Source of the DNA: a virus | Taxonomy: Duplodnaviria; Caudoviricetes | Length of the DNA stretch: 64,000 nt | Virus record (IMG/VR): IMGVR_UViG_3300026258_000271 | Span: 74,716 to 138,715 of that record | Strand: one strand, 5' to 3' | Shown: in pieces, positions 10,227 through 20,228 of the stretch | How the letters are laid out: every line of letters starts with the position of its first letter | Numbering within the stretch: the stretch's first letter is position 1 | Translations under genes and position numbers: made by a program | The notes under the pieces: model-generated | Told to the model about the DNA's origin: nothing | The model's input: the letters and a program-made list of their open reading frames with translations, nothing else | Database searches by the model: none

Positions 10227-12661
10227 TAATTCAATCTCCTAAATGTCACATCAACCTTGCTGTAATCTACAGCGTAGTATCCTGTGTCTGTTAAGTGCCG
10301 TGCCCATGGCACTTCCTGTGCCATAACTCCCATGTACCTGCCCGGCAACTGCTTGTATTTAAACGAATAGACATTGACACCCGCGGGTGACTGTCCTATG
10401 AGTCTTATGTCTTCCTTTAGCCTCATGTCGCTGAACTTGAATCCACCACCTGAGAAGAATTTGCCAACCGAACTAGCAATACTGCCAATTTTTAGTCCAA
10501 CGTTTGTTCCCACGTTTTGCCAGAAAGATTGTCCTCCCAGTTGGGCATCTCTGGCATTGAACAGACCAGTTTTTGTGGCAAGGCTCTTGACTTGGCTCAT
10601 GCCAACAACCTGTCCTCCGATCACACTAGAATATGTCTGCGTGATGCTGTTTAGATTTGCTATCGTTCCTTCGATGTTGCCAGCAGATAAATCTTTAGTC
10701 AATCCTTTCACGTCATTCAAGGATTTATTGGCAAGATTTAATTGGTCCAATCCTGTCTTGCCTAGTGTGAATAATTCTCCCGTGGAGTTGACAAACACAT
10801 TGTCTTTGAACAGTTCTGTGCTGGATCCAGTGTATTTCTCTACCACCTGTGAGGCCAACGTTGATGTAAAATCTTTTGTTTTCTTATATAGATCTGTGGT
10901 CTTCACAAGTTTTACTTTTTCCGATATACTGTCTTTGAGTTCGAACGGTAGGTCTATTCTTTTTGTTATTCCATATATGTCATTGTATTTTGTTCCAAAC
11001 TCTGTGAGAAGTTTTTTTGCTTTTGCACCATCTTTGCTGTTTCCCATTTTCTGTTTCAGGTATTCTAGTGCGTCAGCCTGGTACTGTGCATCACGTATGG
11101 CACTGTTCTTGCTGATCCTGTTCTGCATGTTGACAAATTCTGCTGTGCCTGGAGTCCGTGACAGTTTGCTCCATTGCTTTTTATCGTCCGAATCGATTGG
11201 TATCAATCCATCACTGCCTATCACACTGGCCCTGAACATAGGTTCGTGCGTGACAAGTCTATGAACAGTCGTCTTGGTATCCCTGGTGAATTTTTCTAGC
11301 GGCTTGATTCCTTTCTGTGTGAGTTCAACATCTCCTTCATCTCGCAACTGCATTCCTACTTTGTCTTTGGTCAACCAACTTGGTCCCCATGCACTGCTTG
11401 GCGCTGTTGAATTGAAGTGGACCTGTGCACCTGCCAAATGTATCTGTCCTCCTGCACCGTGCAGTTGTGTTCCACTTGTGAATGATGTTATGCCATCCCT
11501 GGCGTAATCCCTTATGGATCCTTTCTGTGAACTGTTGAGTATTCCTTTGTCACCTATGTTGAGCATTGTGTCTGCGGAATGTATCATCTCGTTAGCCGAA
11601 CTGACTCTCAACTGACCATTGGCATGGATGTTCACGTTTGAATCGGAGTGCAAATTGAAGTCTCCCTCGGTCCTCATGTTGATTCCACCTATGCCCGAAT
11701 ACAGATCTATCCTTCCGTTCGACTGCATCTCTATCCAAGCGTTTCCAGACGCATTGGCTATGTATATGGAACCGTCTGTGTCATGCATCAATATCTGGTG
11801 CCCGGATGCGGTACGCAATCTCGTCAGTTGGTTGTTGCCTCTGATGTCACCGTCATCCATTACAAAACTGTGCCCTGGAACCCTGTCCGGACGTACGGAT
11901 GATCCTTCCAATCCATAGTTTATTGACCGGGAGTCCGGTCTCACTCTACCCGGTGTGCTGATACCAAAAACTTGGCTGGGGGTCTCCCTACGTGCCGAGG
12001 ATGTTGTGGTTCCCCTCACGTTGTCTGATATAAGTCCCTGCTCCAACAGTTGCTCGGCCAGTATGTCATTGACCGGGTACTTCCATTTATCCATTGTCTC
12101 AAGTGTTTCACCGTCTGCATACATCCTCATGTTTTTCTCTCCGGCCGGTACAAAATCCGTGCCGTATATTTCTTTTTTGGTTTGAGAGAAATCCACTCCG
12201 CCTGCACCTACCCTAGAATCTTGTGTGGCACCATGCCCTGGTATCTGTTGATTCACTAAAGGTTTCTGCACACAGCCTATCCAGAATGCCGAACTGGCAC
12301 CCCTCTCGCCTTTGGCAAATATAACCAATACCTCTGTGTCTATGTCGGGTGGCACCGCCCACATACCATAACTGTGCTGTGTCTCCTTGTAATCATAGGG
12401 ATCAGTTTTTGAAACTGCTTCTATGCTCTTGGCACCGTAGAACGGTGACAGGTACTGACACCAGATCACCTGATTGGCAGTTGGCTTGGTGGTGTTTGTG
12501 AGGGCGGGTATGTTCACTCCCAGTCTACCCATCTTCAATGGATCGATCGCGTATTTCACTGTGCCCACGTACGGACCACTGTCGGTGTCCTGAAATTTCT
12601 TGTTGAAGTCCTTCTGGTTGTCGTGTGTGTCTGTGAATCCTGATGAATAATTGTATGTCAT
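10226..12661 (-). CDS. gp5: Baseplate central spike (gp5-like) with a C-terminal peptidase S74 chaperone domain
   Basis: OB-fold motif DPLKMGRLGVNIP...PPDIDTEVLVIF, beta-helix start GHSFVMDD...RLRTASGHQILMHD, and C-terminal FSDMRLKEDI...GVMAQEV...VDYSKV. Confidence 0.8.
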   Translation of the reverse strand: MTYNYSSGFTDTHDNQKDFNKKFQDTDSGPYVGTVKYAIDPLKMGRLGVNIPALTNTTKPTANQVIWCQYLSPFYGAKSIEAVSKTDPYDYKETQHSYGMWAVPPDIDTEVLVIFAKGERGASSAFWIGCVQKPLVNQQIPGHGATQDSRVGAGGVDFSQTKKEIYGTDFVPAGEKNMRMYADGETLETMDKWKYPVNDILAEQLLEQGLISDNVRGTTTSSARRETPSQVFGISTPGRVRPDSRSINYGLEGSSVRPDRVPGHSFVMDDGDIRGNNQLTRLRTASGHQILMHDTDGSIYIANASGNAWIEMQSNGRIDLYSGIGGINMRTEGDFNLHSDSNVNIHANGQLRVSSANEMIHSADTMLNIGDKGILNSSQKGSIRDYARDGITSFTSGTQLHGAGGQIHLAGAQVHFNSTAPSSAWGPSWLTKDKVGMQLRDEGDVELTQKGIKPLEKFTRDTKTTVHRLVTHEPMFRASVIGSDGLIPIDSDDKKQWSKLSRTPGTAEFVNMQNRISKNSAIRDAQYQADALEYLKQKMGNSKDGAKAKKLLTEFGTKYNDIYGITKRIDLPFELKDSISEKVKLVKTTDLYKKTKDFTSTLASQVVEKYTGSSTELFKDNVFVNSTGELFTLGKTGLDQLNLANKSLNDVKGLTKDLSAGNIEGTIANLNSITQTYSSVIGGQVVGMSQVKSLATKTGLFNARDAQLGGQSFWQNVGTNVGLKIGSIASSVGKFFSGGGFKFSDMRLKEDIRLIGQSPAGVNVYSFKYKQLPGRYMGVMAQEVPWARHLTDTGYYAVDYSKVDVTFRRLN

Positions 12662-12673
12662 ATTTTATTAAAT

Positions 12674-15037
12674 TTATATAGTAGGTATTCCTAAGTCCTT
12701 GTAATCTTTTATGTTATTCCATCTTTCGTTTTTCCGTTTTTCCTTCTCGGCATCCTTTAAAATGTTGTCAATACTCTGGTTGGAGAACTGCACCATCTCT
12801 GGATCTATTCCTGCACCCTGTTGGTTGTTGAATCTACTACAGAACAGAGTCTGTTCGAATGTCCCCTGATTGAACGAGCTCTCTATCTTGTTGACCTGAT
12901 ACAGTCCATTGAAAAATATGTTCTCGTCACGATATTTTGCTTTGTTGGTAAATGTTGTGCCTTCCAGTTCGTCTATGTCATCGGGAATCCTGTAATTTAT
13001 GTTTATAATAGGCACGTACTGATCTGCGTTGAAGTTCTCGTTGTCGTAATCGTATGGTCCTTCACCACCAAACTTGGTGCTATTTCTCAAATTCTTTATA
13101 GGCATGTATGTGTCCTGGCACAGGTATGCGGGATCTCCCAGTATCTGCAATTCGATCTTGGCCATGTCAGCCACCGGATTGGTGAGATAGTCGTAGAACT
13201 CCTGTGGCTTCTTGGACTTTTCATCGCCCTTGAGTAGGCTCCTACCTCGCAGAGATGATGGGTAAGTCCGCAACGGCATCAGTTCCTCTGGGTAGTCTTC
13301 CCTTCCGATCGCTCCCTTACGCTTGGTGGCGTCGAATGTGATCTGTCCTGTGTTGGCTTCATCATCTCCCCTTACATTCCTCATGTAGTACGCTGTTTTG
13401 TAGTACATTCTCAAATTACGTACATCTATGTTGTCTCCTGTGTATATGTAATTGTATTCCTTATGAACCCTAGAACTCCAATCTATCTTGCCTATGGATA
13501 TTCCCGGTTTCAGGAATTTTGCCACGTGTAACTTGACCTGCACCGCTTGGTATATGATTTTCTTTGGATGCATTTTCGTGATCTTGTCAAAACGCTTGGT
13601 GTCTGTTCTCACACTGGTCTTGATTTTGAACCAATTCACGAATTGATTCTTGTCCACTATCGCTTGAATCTGCTTGCCATCCTTCTTTGTGAATAGTTCG
13701 GCCACTTTAACAGGATCTTTCAGCGTGGCATCATCCACTTGTCCTGTTCCCTTGAGATATGCCGTCCAGAAATTCTCCGCAAGGTCCTGGTATCCCGTGC
13801 CGGCCCTGATGGCGTCCTCGAAAAATTTCACCAGAGATATCTGCATGTCTGCACTGCCTTCGATCTTTTTGACTTTTGGATTGCCGGTCTCAACTGAATC
13901 GTTGGTTCCCACAGAATCCGTCCCTAATTTTATTTCTGTGTCAATTTCCTGGCCGTACCTGTTTGTGAATTTTAAGGTCTCACCCACACTGCCGGTCAGG
14001 TTGGTCTTTTGTTGGCCACGATAGGTGAGTCCTGCCTCCCTCACCTCGTCTGTGATGTCAAACACATATTCATCCGCATACTGCCTCTGTCCTTCTTTGA
14101 TCTCATCCGTCATCTGTTGTTTCAGCACACTTTGTACATTTGCTACCCATTCGTCGATGTCTTTTGCGAACACGGGCACCAGTGTTCTGGAAAACTTGAA
14201 TCTGTCATCGTAGGCCAATTCTGGATAAGGCGTGGCGACCATGGAATACTTTGTTCCGGATTGATCCACGTCAAATTCCACCCTGGATATAAGCACAGGT
14301 ATCTTCCGCACGTGTCCTGGCTGTGAGGCAACCGGTTTGCCATGCTCGTCGAACCCCTTGAAATCTATGGTCAACAGCAAAGGTGCGTCCTGGTAATCCT
14401 TGTACCCGTTCAGTGCCGTGGTCGCCCTGACCTTTTCTATGAAAGAACAACCATATGGTTCATGTATCTCAAACTCCATCTTTGTGAACTGTCCCAGGCC
14501 ACGTTCCGTGTTTGGTCCTGCCGTGGACACTATGTTCACGTTTTCTATGAATATGTCATGTCCCCTCAGCAAAATCCTGATGCTGTCGTTGTACTCTTCA
14601 TCAAATGCCTTTTGCCTCTGTATTGTAGTTGCATCATACTCTGGATCCTGACCGCCAGTGTCTTTCACTTCGGTGGTTCCACTAAAATTAGCATCTCCAA
14701 TTCCGCCAGTCCTCGCTATAATATCATGCGGAGGATTTTTTAGATATTTGTGTGTGTTGAGTTCCTCTTCATTTATTCCACTCAGCGTGAATATATAGTT
14801 GTAGGTTGCATACCTGTGCAACACGTTTGGTCTGATGTTGGAATCTTTTTCACCTGACTTGTTGGCGTTGTTATCTTCGTAATCATTAAGGTTGGTGGCC
14901 TTGATGAAACTAGTCTCGAGCCCTTTGTAGTCGTTGTTGTCGACACGTCCTATAGTATTTTTGTTGTTTTTGAATGCGGCATCAACCAATTGTTTAGGTG
15001 GCATTCTAGATGTTCTTCCTTTTACAACTTTAGCCAT
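12674..15037 (-). CDS. Baseplate hub protein (gp27-like)
   Basis: 787 aa between gp53-like and gp5-like genes; C-terminal LQILGDP and GLYQVNKIESSFNQGTFEQTL motifs typical of hub/late-control-D proteins. Confidence 0.6.
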   Translation of the reverse strand: MAKVVKGRTSRMPPKQLVDAAFKNNKNTIGRVDNNDYKGLETSFIKATNLNDYEDNNANKSGEKDSNIRPNVLHRYATYNYIFTLSGINEEELNTHKYLKNPPHDIIARTGGIGDANFSGTTEVKDTGGQDPEYDATTIQRQKAFDEEYNDSIRILLRGHDIFIENVNIVSTAGPNTERGLGQFTKMEFEIHEPYGCSFIEKVRATTALNGYKDYQDAPLLLTIDFKGFDEHGKPVASQPGHVRKIPVLISRVEFDVDQSGTKYSMVATPYPELAYDDRFKFSRTLVPVFAKDIDEWVANVQSVLKQQMTDEIKEGQRQYADEYVFDITDEVREAGLTYRGQQKTNLTGSVGETLKFTNRYGQEIDTEIKLGTDSVGTNDSVETGNPKVKKIEGSADMQISLVKFFEDAIRAGTGYQDLAENFWTAYLKGTGQVDDATLKDPVKVAELFTKKDGKQIQAIVDKNQFVNWFKIKTSVRTDTKRFDKITKMHPKKIIYQAVQVKLHVAKFLKPGISIGKIDWSSRVHKEYNYIYTGDNIDVRNLRMYYKTAYYMRNVRGDDEANTGQITFDATKRKGAIGREDYPEELMPLRTYPSSLRGRSLLKGDEKSKKPQEFYDYLTNPVADMAKIELQILGDPAYLCQDTYMPIKNLRNSTKFGGEGPYDYDNENFNADQYVPIININYRIPDDIDELEGTTFTNKAKYRDENIFFNGLYQVNKIESSFNQGTFEQTLFCSRFNNQQGAGIDPEMVQFSNQSIDNILKDAEKEKRKNERWNNIKDYKDLGIPTI

Positions 15038-15038
15038 A

Positions 15039-15338
15039 CTACACTCCTAAATCTTTAGAAACATTTGCTGGCTTTGGTAACTGTATGGTCACTCCTGGTT
15101 TGAAGTCATATATGGGGTCTTCGATCTGATCTGGGTTACGCTGTGCGAACACCCACCAAAGCCTCGGTGAGCCATAAAGGTCAAATGCCAACAGGTCGGG
15201 CCTGTACGCATATGTTCTTTCAATGGTGTAACTTTGATCGTCTTGTTCTGCTGTCAATGTCCTCGGTACCAGTGTGCCCAGGTTGATGGCGTTCTGGGGT
15301 GTGTTGAAATATGGTGATGTGGATGAATACTTGGCCAT
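15039..15338 (-). CDS. gp53: Baseplate wedge protein gp53-like (LysM-like)
   Basis: RPDLLAFDLYGSPRLWWVFAQRN motif. Confidence 0.8.
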   Translation of the reverse strand: MAKYSSTSPYFNTPQNAINLGTLVPRTLTAEQDDQSYTIERTYAYRPDLLAFDLYGSPRLWWVFAQRNPDQIEDPIYDFKPGVTIQLPKPANVSKDLGV

Positions 15339-16168
15339 TAGATGAATCCTACCTCGTTGGCTCCTTTGCCGTTCAACTCACCGTTGACGAATTTCTTCAT
15401 TGAGAACTCCTTGATTGATTCTCTCGAGTAGACAGGAGTTATCAGTACCGAAATGTTTGACAGGGTTGGTGCCCAAGATTGGTCTGTTTCCAATGCCGGG
15501 AGGCCCAGTAGTTTCTCTCTGGTTCTGGCAGAAGTATAGTCTGATTCATTCTGCCTAGTAGATATGTAGTCTATGCCTGGTCTCAGTTCAACGTTGAACG
15601 AATTTATCACAACAGGTATCTTGTGGAACATGTGATCACCGTAACCAAACAAGTGCATGATCGGTGGTGGATTCCCCTTGAGGTTGTCTGTGTCCTTTCC
15701 GAAAAACATTTTTGTTGCACTACGTAGGAAATTCACTGTGGCTACCCAGTGCTTGGCGTCATCGGAGTTCTGTACTGGAAATTCTCCAATGATGTTCATC
15801 TGGTCGACCTGTGAATTCTGATACGCCTGAGCAGGATAATTGTTATGGGTCACTGCCAGTGGATTGTAGTTTGCAGAATGCTGTATCACAACCGCTGGAG
15901 TCAATGGCCAAAATATTCCCCTAGATTCGGCCAGGGGTTTCAGTAATTCATTGTTATCGAAATCAAAGAATCCTTCCAGGGGTGATCCCTGTGGCACCTG
16001 TAATCTCACACGCCAGTCTGTTTTGTCCTGTCTGCCAGACCATTTTGCCTGAGCTCGCGTTAGTCTGAGATCCCTGTTAATACCAGAACCTGATAGCCTT
16101 GCGAGGGTTCGGTTAAAGAATCCTGTCGCTACGTTCTTTACTGCTGTTCCTATTGCTTTTAATGGCAT
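15338..16168 (-). CDS. Baseplate/tail-tube initiator (gp48/gp54-like)
   Basis: GNPPPIMHLFGYG...IPVVINSFNVEL resembles tube-fold initiator proteins; first gene of the baseplate operon. Confidence 0.55.
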   Translation of the reverse strand: MPLKAIGTAVKNVATGFFNRTLARLSGSGINRDLRLTRAQAKWSGRQDKTDWRVRLQVPQGSPLEGFFDFDNNELLKPLAESRGIFWPLTPAVVIQHSANYNPLAVTHNNYPAQAYQNSQVDQMNIIGEFPVQNSDDAKHWVATVNFLRSATKMFFGKDTDNLKGNPPPIMHLFGYGDHMFHKIPVVINSFNVELRPGIDYISTRQNESDYTSARTREKLLGLPALETDQSWAPTLSNISVLITPVYSRESIKEFSMKKFVNGELNGKGANEVGFI

Positions 16169-16177
16169 CTTTACTGG

Positions 16178-16206
16178 TTGATTTCCTTTTCAAAATTTTG
16201 TATACT
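16178..16206 (+). promoter_or_regulatory. sigma70-type promoter for the gp55-gp47-gp46 operon
   Basis: TTGATT (16178-16183), 17-nt spacer, TATACT (16201-16206). Confidence 0.6.
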
Positions 16207-16213
16207 TTAACTA

Positions 16214-16221
16214 TATTTATA
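16214..16221 (-). promoter_or_regulatory. Late promoter TATAAATA for the baseplate operon
   Basis: Exact gp55 consensus on the minus strand, upstream of the ATG at 16168. Confidence 0.7.
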
Positions 16222-16311
16222 GGCATTATTTTAGGCGCACTTAATTACCCACACGGCACGATTTAACAGACCTGTTTGTGGTCACTTTTACACTAACAAT
16301 ATTGGAGAAAC

Positions 16312-17292
16312 ATGAAGAGAGTAAAATACCTAAACAACCGAGATCTGCTCATACAGATACACGCCAGCAAGAACACATATTGCTCATATGTGAATACAGA
16401 GGATTCACAGTACGATATCATAGTGCCAAATCTCAAGAAAATAAATGTGAGGACCATAGCAGAAGCGAAAAAGAACAGGGCCAAGAGATTGACACAAGAA
16501 GCGTGGGAACAGGCCAAAGCGGCAGGAATAAAGAAAATAAAACTTGCAGACTACACAGTATCGCCAAGGAAAATTGATAAAACAGATCTGGTGTTCAGGG
16601 TAATGATGTTTGACCACATACCCATGGACAGCGAAAGAAAAAAGAATCCAAAACAGACAGCAGACCATCACAGCAAAGTGAACTTTCCGCCATTTCAACA
16701 CTTCAGGGTTGACAGCAAGAACAAACCCAAATGTGTAGGCAAAAGCCATTGGGTTGGTGGAATGGACAACGGACATTTCTCAGCGGATCACGGAAAAATG
16801 ACGAACCAACTGGCATTGATGTACATGAAGTTGTGTGAGAGGTATGGTACCAGAGCAAACTGGAGAGGCTACACGTACAATGACGAAATGCAATCACAGG
16901 CACTGATGCAGTTGAGTCAGATTGGTTTACAGTTTGACGAATCAAAATCGGACAACCCATTTGCATATTACACAGCGGCAATAACGAACAGTTTCACAAG
17001 AATACTGAACATTGAAAAGAAAAATCAAGCAATAAGGGATGACCTTTTAGAATTCAACAACATGATGCCAAGTTTCACAAGACAGAACGAGAATGAAACA
17101 GGTACAGCCAGTTACAAGAAAAGAATAAAATCTGCACATGGCGAAGGTAAAATTGTTAACAAGACAGGTATAAAAAAATTAAACAAGATATACAAGAAAA
17201 AAGGTACACTCGACTCAGAAGACTTTAAAGAGGTAAACTACAAGAAAGTAGACATGACCGATCACAAACCAATAATTAAAAAGAAATGGTAA
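16312..17292 (+). CDS. gp55: Late transcription sigma factor
   Basis: YLNNRDLL start and NWRGYTYNDEM...QFDESKSDNPFAYYT...ILNIEKK gp55 signature; SD GGAG upstream; precedes gp47 and gp46. Confidence 0.88.
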   Translation: MKRVKYLNNRDLLIQIHASKNTYCSYVNTEDSQYDIIVPNLKKINVRTIAEAKKNRAKRLTQEAWEQAKAAGIKKIKLADYTVSPRKIDKTDLVFRVMMFDHIPMDSERKKNPKQTADHHSKVNFPPFQHFRVDSKNKPKCVGKSHWVGGMDNGHFSADHGKMTNQLALMYMKLCERYGTRANWRGYTYNDEMQSQALMQLSQIGLQFDESKSDNPFAYYTAAITNSFTRILNIEKKNQAIRDDLLEFNNMMPSFTRQNENETGTASYKKRIKSAHGEGKIVNKTGIKKLNKIYKKKGTLDSEDFKEVNYKKVDMTDHKPIIKKKW

Positions 17293-17295
17293 CCT

Positions 17296-18315
17296 ATGTT
17301 TTTTAAAAAAGTTGCTTGTTTCACTGACATACACTTTGGAATGAAGGGCAACAGTCGTGTACACAACGACGACTGTGAAGCGTTCATTTATTGGTTCATA
17401 GAACAAGCCAAAGCACATGGTTGCGAAACCTGTATATTTCTAGGGGATTGGCACCACCACAGAGCAAGTACAAACGTGTCCACAATGAACTACACTGTAT
17501 CAAATATGGAAAGATTAGGTGCGGCATTTGAAAAAGTTTATGTGATAATGGGCAATCACGATTTGTTTTACAGAGAAAAAAGAGAAATCAACTCAATGGA
17601 ATTCATAAGAAATATCCCAAACATACATCTTGTCAACGAATGGATAGTGGAAGATGACGTTGCAATCATACCGTGGATAGTTGGAGATGAATGGAAAAAA
17701 ATCCAAAAAATGAAACAAAAATATGTGTTCGGACATTTTGAACTTCCATATTTCAAAATGAATGCAATGGTGGAAATGCCTGATGTAGGAGGAATACAGA
17801 CAGATCATTTTGCAAACTGCGGACAAGTTTTTTCAGGACACTTCCATAAAAGGCAAGTAATGAAGAATGTCACATACATGGGCAACGCATTTCCACACAA
17901 TTATGCAGATGCTTGGGATGATGATCGAGGCATGATGGTGATAGAAATGGGTGGCAAACCAAAATACATAAACTGGCCAGACATGCCGAGATATATTACA
18001 ATCAAAGTTTCCGAACTATTAGAAGATCCTGACAAATATCTCAAGCCAAAAATGTATGTGAGAGTAACCTTAGATATTAAGATTTCATATGAGGAGGCGA
18101 ATTTTGTCAGAGAAACATTTATAGAAAAATACCAATTGAGAGAACTACAACTTATACCGGAACAAGTAGACAATGCACAACAACCAACTGTTGAAGTGCA
18201 AAAGTTTGACAGTGTAGATCAAATTGTTATAAAACAATTACAAGGAGTAGATTCTGAAACATATGACAAAAATATATTAACAGCAATCTATAATGATTTG
18301 GATGTCCAGAATTAG
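17296..18315 (+). CDS. gp47: Recombination endonuclease subunit (Mre11/SbcD-like)
   Basis: Phosphoesterase motifs DIHFG, GDWHH, GNHD, GHFE and SGHFH. Confidence 0.92.
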   Translation: MFFKKVACFTDIHFGMKGNSRVHNDDCEAFIYWFIEQAKAHGCETCIFLGDWHHHRASTNVSTMNYTVSNMERLGAAFEKVYVIMGNHDLFYREKREINSMEFIRNIPNIHLVNEWIVEDDVAIIPWIVGDEWKKIQKMKQKYVFGHFELPYFKMNAMVEMPDVGGIQTDHFANCGQVFSGHFHKRQVMKNVTYMGNAFPHNYADAWDDDRGMMVIEMGGKPKYINWPDMPRYITIKVSELLEDPDKYLKPKMYVRVTLDIKISYEEANFVRETFIEKYQLRELQLIPEQVDNAQQPTVEVQKFDSVDQIVIKQLQGVDSETYDKNILTAIYNDLDVQN

Positions 18316-18466
18316 TAAAAAGAAATTGATAAAAGTTTTAAAAGGTGATCTTGAGCAACCTGTCACAAAACAGTCACTCTTGGATCAACTTGCAAAACCT
18401 GTAACACAGGAAGAATGGCTACGAGGCTACAACGAATGGAAGAAGAAACAACTTGCTAACGATTAA
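18302..18466 (+). CDS. Small basic hypothetical protein (54 aa)
   Basis: Below the track cut-off: MSRISKKKLIKVLKGDLEQPVTKQSLLDQLAKPVTQEEWLRGYNEWKKKQLAND. It fills the gp47-gp46 gap and overlaps both genes by 14 nt. Confidence 0.6.
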   Translation: MSRISKKKLIKVLKGDLEQPVTKQSLLDQLAKPVTQEEWLRGYNEWKKKQLAND

Positions 18467-20228
18467 AGAACTTACAGTCAAAAATTTCATGAGCGTGGGA
18501 AACCAGGCCCAAGCAATAAATTTTGCCAACAAAAATTTAGTATTGGTTATTGGTGAAAATTTAGATCTGGGCGGCGACGATGCAGGTGCTAGGAATGGTA
18601 CTGGTAAGACAACAATCATCAATGCACTGTCATATGTGTTCTTTGGCGAAGCACTAACAAATATTAGAAGAGACAATCTTGTCAATAAGACCAACGAAAA
18701 AGGAATGTTGGTCAGTGTTAAATTTGTAAAAAATAATGTTGAGTACACAATTGAACGTGGAAGGAAACCACAAATATTCAAATTCTATGCAAACAACATA
18801 GAACAAAATGTTGAAAGCAACGAAGCACAAGGTGAGAACAGAGAAACACAGATAGAGATAAACAAGTTGATGGGTATGACCCATGCAATGTTTAAAAACA
18901 TAATTGCATTGAACACATACACACAACCATTCTTATCAACTAAAGCAAATGAGCAAAGGGAAATTATTGAGCAGTTGCTTGGTATTACTTTGCTTTCACA
19001 AAAAGCAGATTTGCTAAAAGAAAAACAAAAAGCAACCAAACAGATGTTGACTGAAGAAAAATTAAAAATAGACGCCAGAGTTGCATCTAATGAAAAGATC
19101 ACAGAATCAATTGAGAGTTTGAAGATAAGATCAAGTGCTTGGCAAACACAGAAAGAAGAAGATTCAAAAAGTTTCGCAGAAGCGATAGCAGAATTAGAAA
19201 AAGTAGATATAAAAAAAGAACTGGATGCCCACAAACGTCTACAAAAACACAACGAGAATTACATAAAATTATTGAGTTTACAGAAAGAAAAAGCATATCA
19301 TGAAGATTCGTTTACCAAAGCAAAAAGCACTGTAGAAAAAACTGAAAGCGATCTGGAGTACGCGGCACAACAAAAATGTCCAACTTGTGAACAAGAATTA
19401 AAGGACGATAAGCACACCCATCTCGTGGACAAACTTAAAGCAACACTAACGGAAGCAAAAGAATACAGTTCAAAACTTGAATCTGATCTTGCAAAAATAC
19501 AACAGGACATAGATACAATAGGTGACCTAGGCCATATGCCAGATACGTATTATGATACCATGGACGAAGCATACAATCACAAAGGTTCTTTGAAAGACCT
19601 CAACAGACAACTAGAGCAAAACGAGAAGAAGCAAGATCCATATGCAGAACAGGTTGAGGAATTAACAAAAACAGCAATACAAAAGATTGATTTTGAGAAA
19701 GCAAACGAACTGGAGGACCTGCACAGACACCAAGACTTCTTGTACAAATTGTTGACCGCAAAAGACTCGTTCATAAGAACAAGGATAATAGAACAGAACT
19801 TAACATACCTGAACCAACGTCTAGCATACTTCCTGGGCAAGGTGAAATTGCCACACACTGTAACTTTCCAATCTGACCTGAGTGTGCGTATTGAAGAACT
19901 GGGCCGAGAATTAGACTTTGACAATTTAAGCAGAGGTGAAAGAAACAGATTGATATTGAGTCTGAGTTGGGCGTTCAGAGATGTATGGGAAAGCCTTTAT
20001 CAACAGATCAACTTGCTGTTCATAGACGAACTTGTGGACGCAGGTATGGACATATCAGGTGTTGAAAGTTCTATGGCTGTGCTGAAAGACATGAGCAGAA
20101 CGCAACAGAAAAACATATTCTTAATATCACACAAAGACGAACTTATCAGCAGAGTAAACTCAGTCTTAAAAGTTACTAAAGAAAACGGCTTTACGAACTA
20201 CGCAAATGATGTTGATATTGTAATCTAA
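18453..20228 (+). CDS. gp46: Recombination ATPase subunit (Rad50/SbcC-like)
   Basis: Walker A NGTGKTT, zinc hook CPTC, signature LSRGE, Walker B LLFIDE and H-loop ISHK; TTG start. Confidence 0.93.
   Translation: MLTIKELTVKNFMSVGNQAQAINFANKNLVLVIGENLDLGGDDAGARNGTGKTTIINALSYVFFGEALTNIRRDNLVNKTNEKGMLVSVKFVKNNVEYTIERGRKPQIFKFYANNIEQNVESNEAQGENRETQIEINKLMGMTHAMFKNIIALNTYTQPFLSTKANEQREIIEQLLGITLLSQKADLLKEKQKATKQMLTEEKLKIDARVASNEKITESIESLKIRSSAWQTQKEEDSKSFAEAIAELEKVDIKKELDAHKRLQKHNENYIKLLSLQKEKAYHEDSFTKAKSTVEKTESDLEYAAQQKCPTCEQELKDDKHTHLVDKLKATLTEAKEYSSKLESDLAKIQQDIDTIGDLGHMPDTYYDTMDEAYNHKGSLKDLNRQLEQNEKKQDPYAEQVEELTKTAIQKIDFEKANELEDLHRHQDFLYKLLTAKDSFIRTRIIEQNLTYLNQRLAYFLGKVKLPHTVTFQSDLSVRIEELGRELDFDNLSRGERNRLILSLSWAFRDVWESLYQQINLLFIDELVDAGMDISGVESSMAVLKDMSRTQQKNIFLISHKDELISRVNSVLKVTKENGFTNYANDVDIVI

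Noticed and set aside
10374-11264. Long antisense ORFs (also 31307-32140, 36848-37741, 39494-40366, 41642-42307, 53232-53834)
   Set aside because: They are antisense to well-supported genes, arise from codon bias, and have no SD, promoter or recognisable motifs.
18440-18466. +1 frameshift fusing the 54-aa ORF to gp46
   Set aside because: gp46 has a complete N-terminus from its TTG (LTIKELTVKNFMS), and I see no convincing shift signal.
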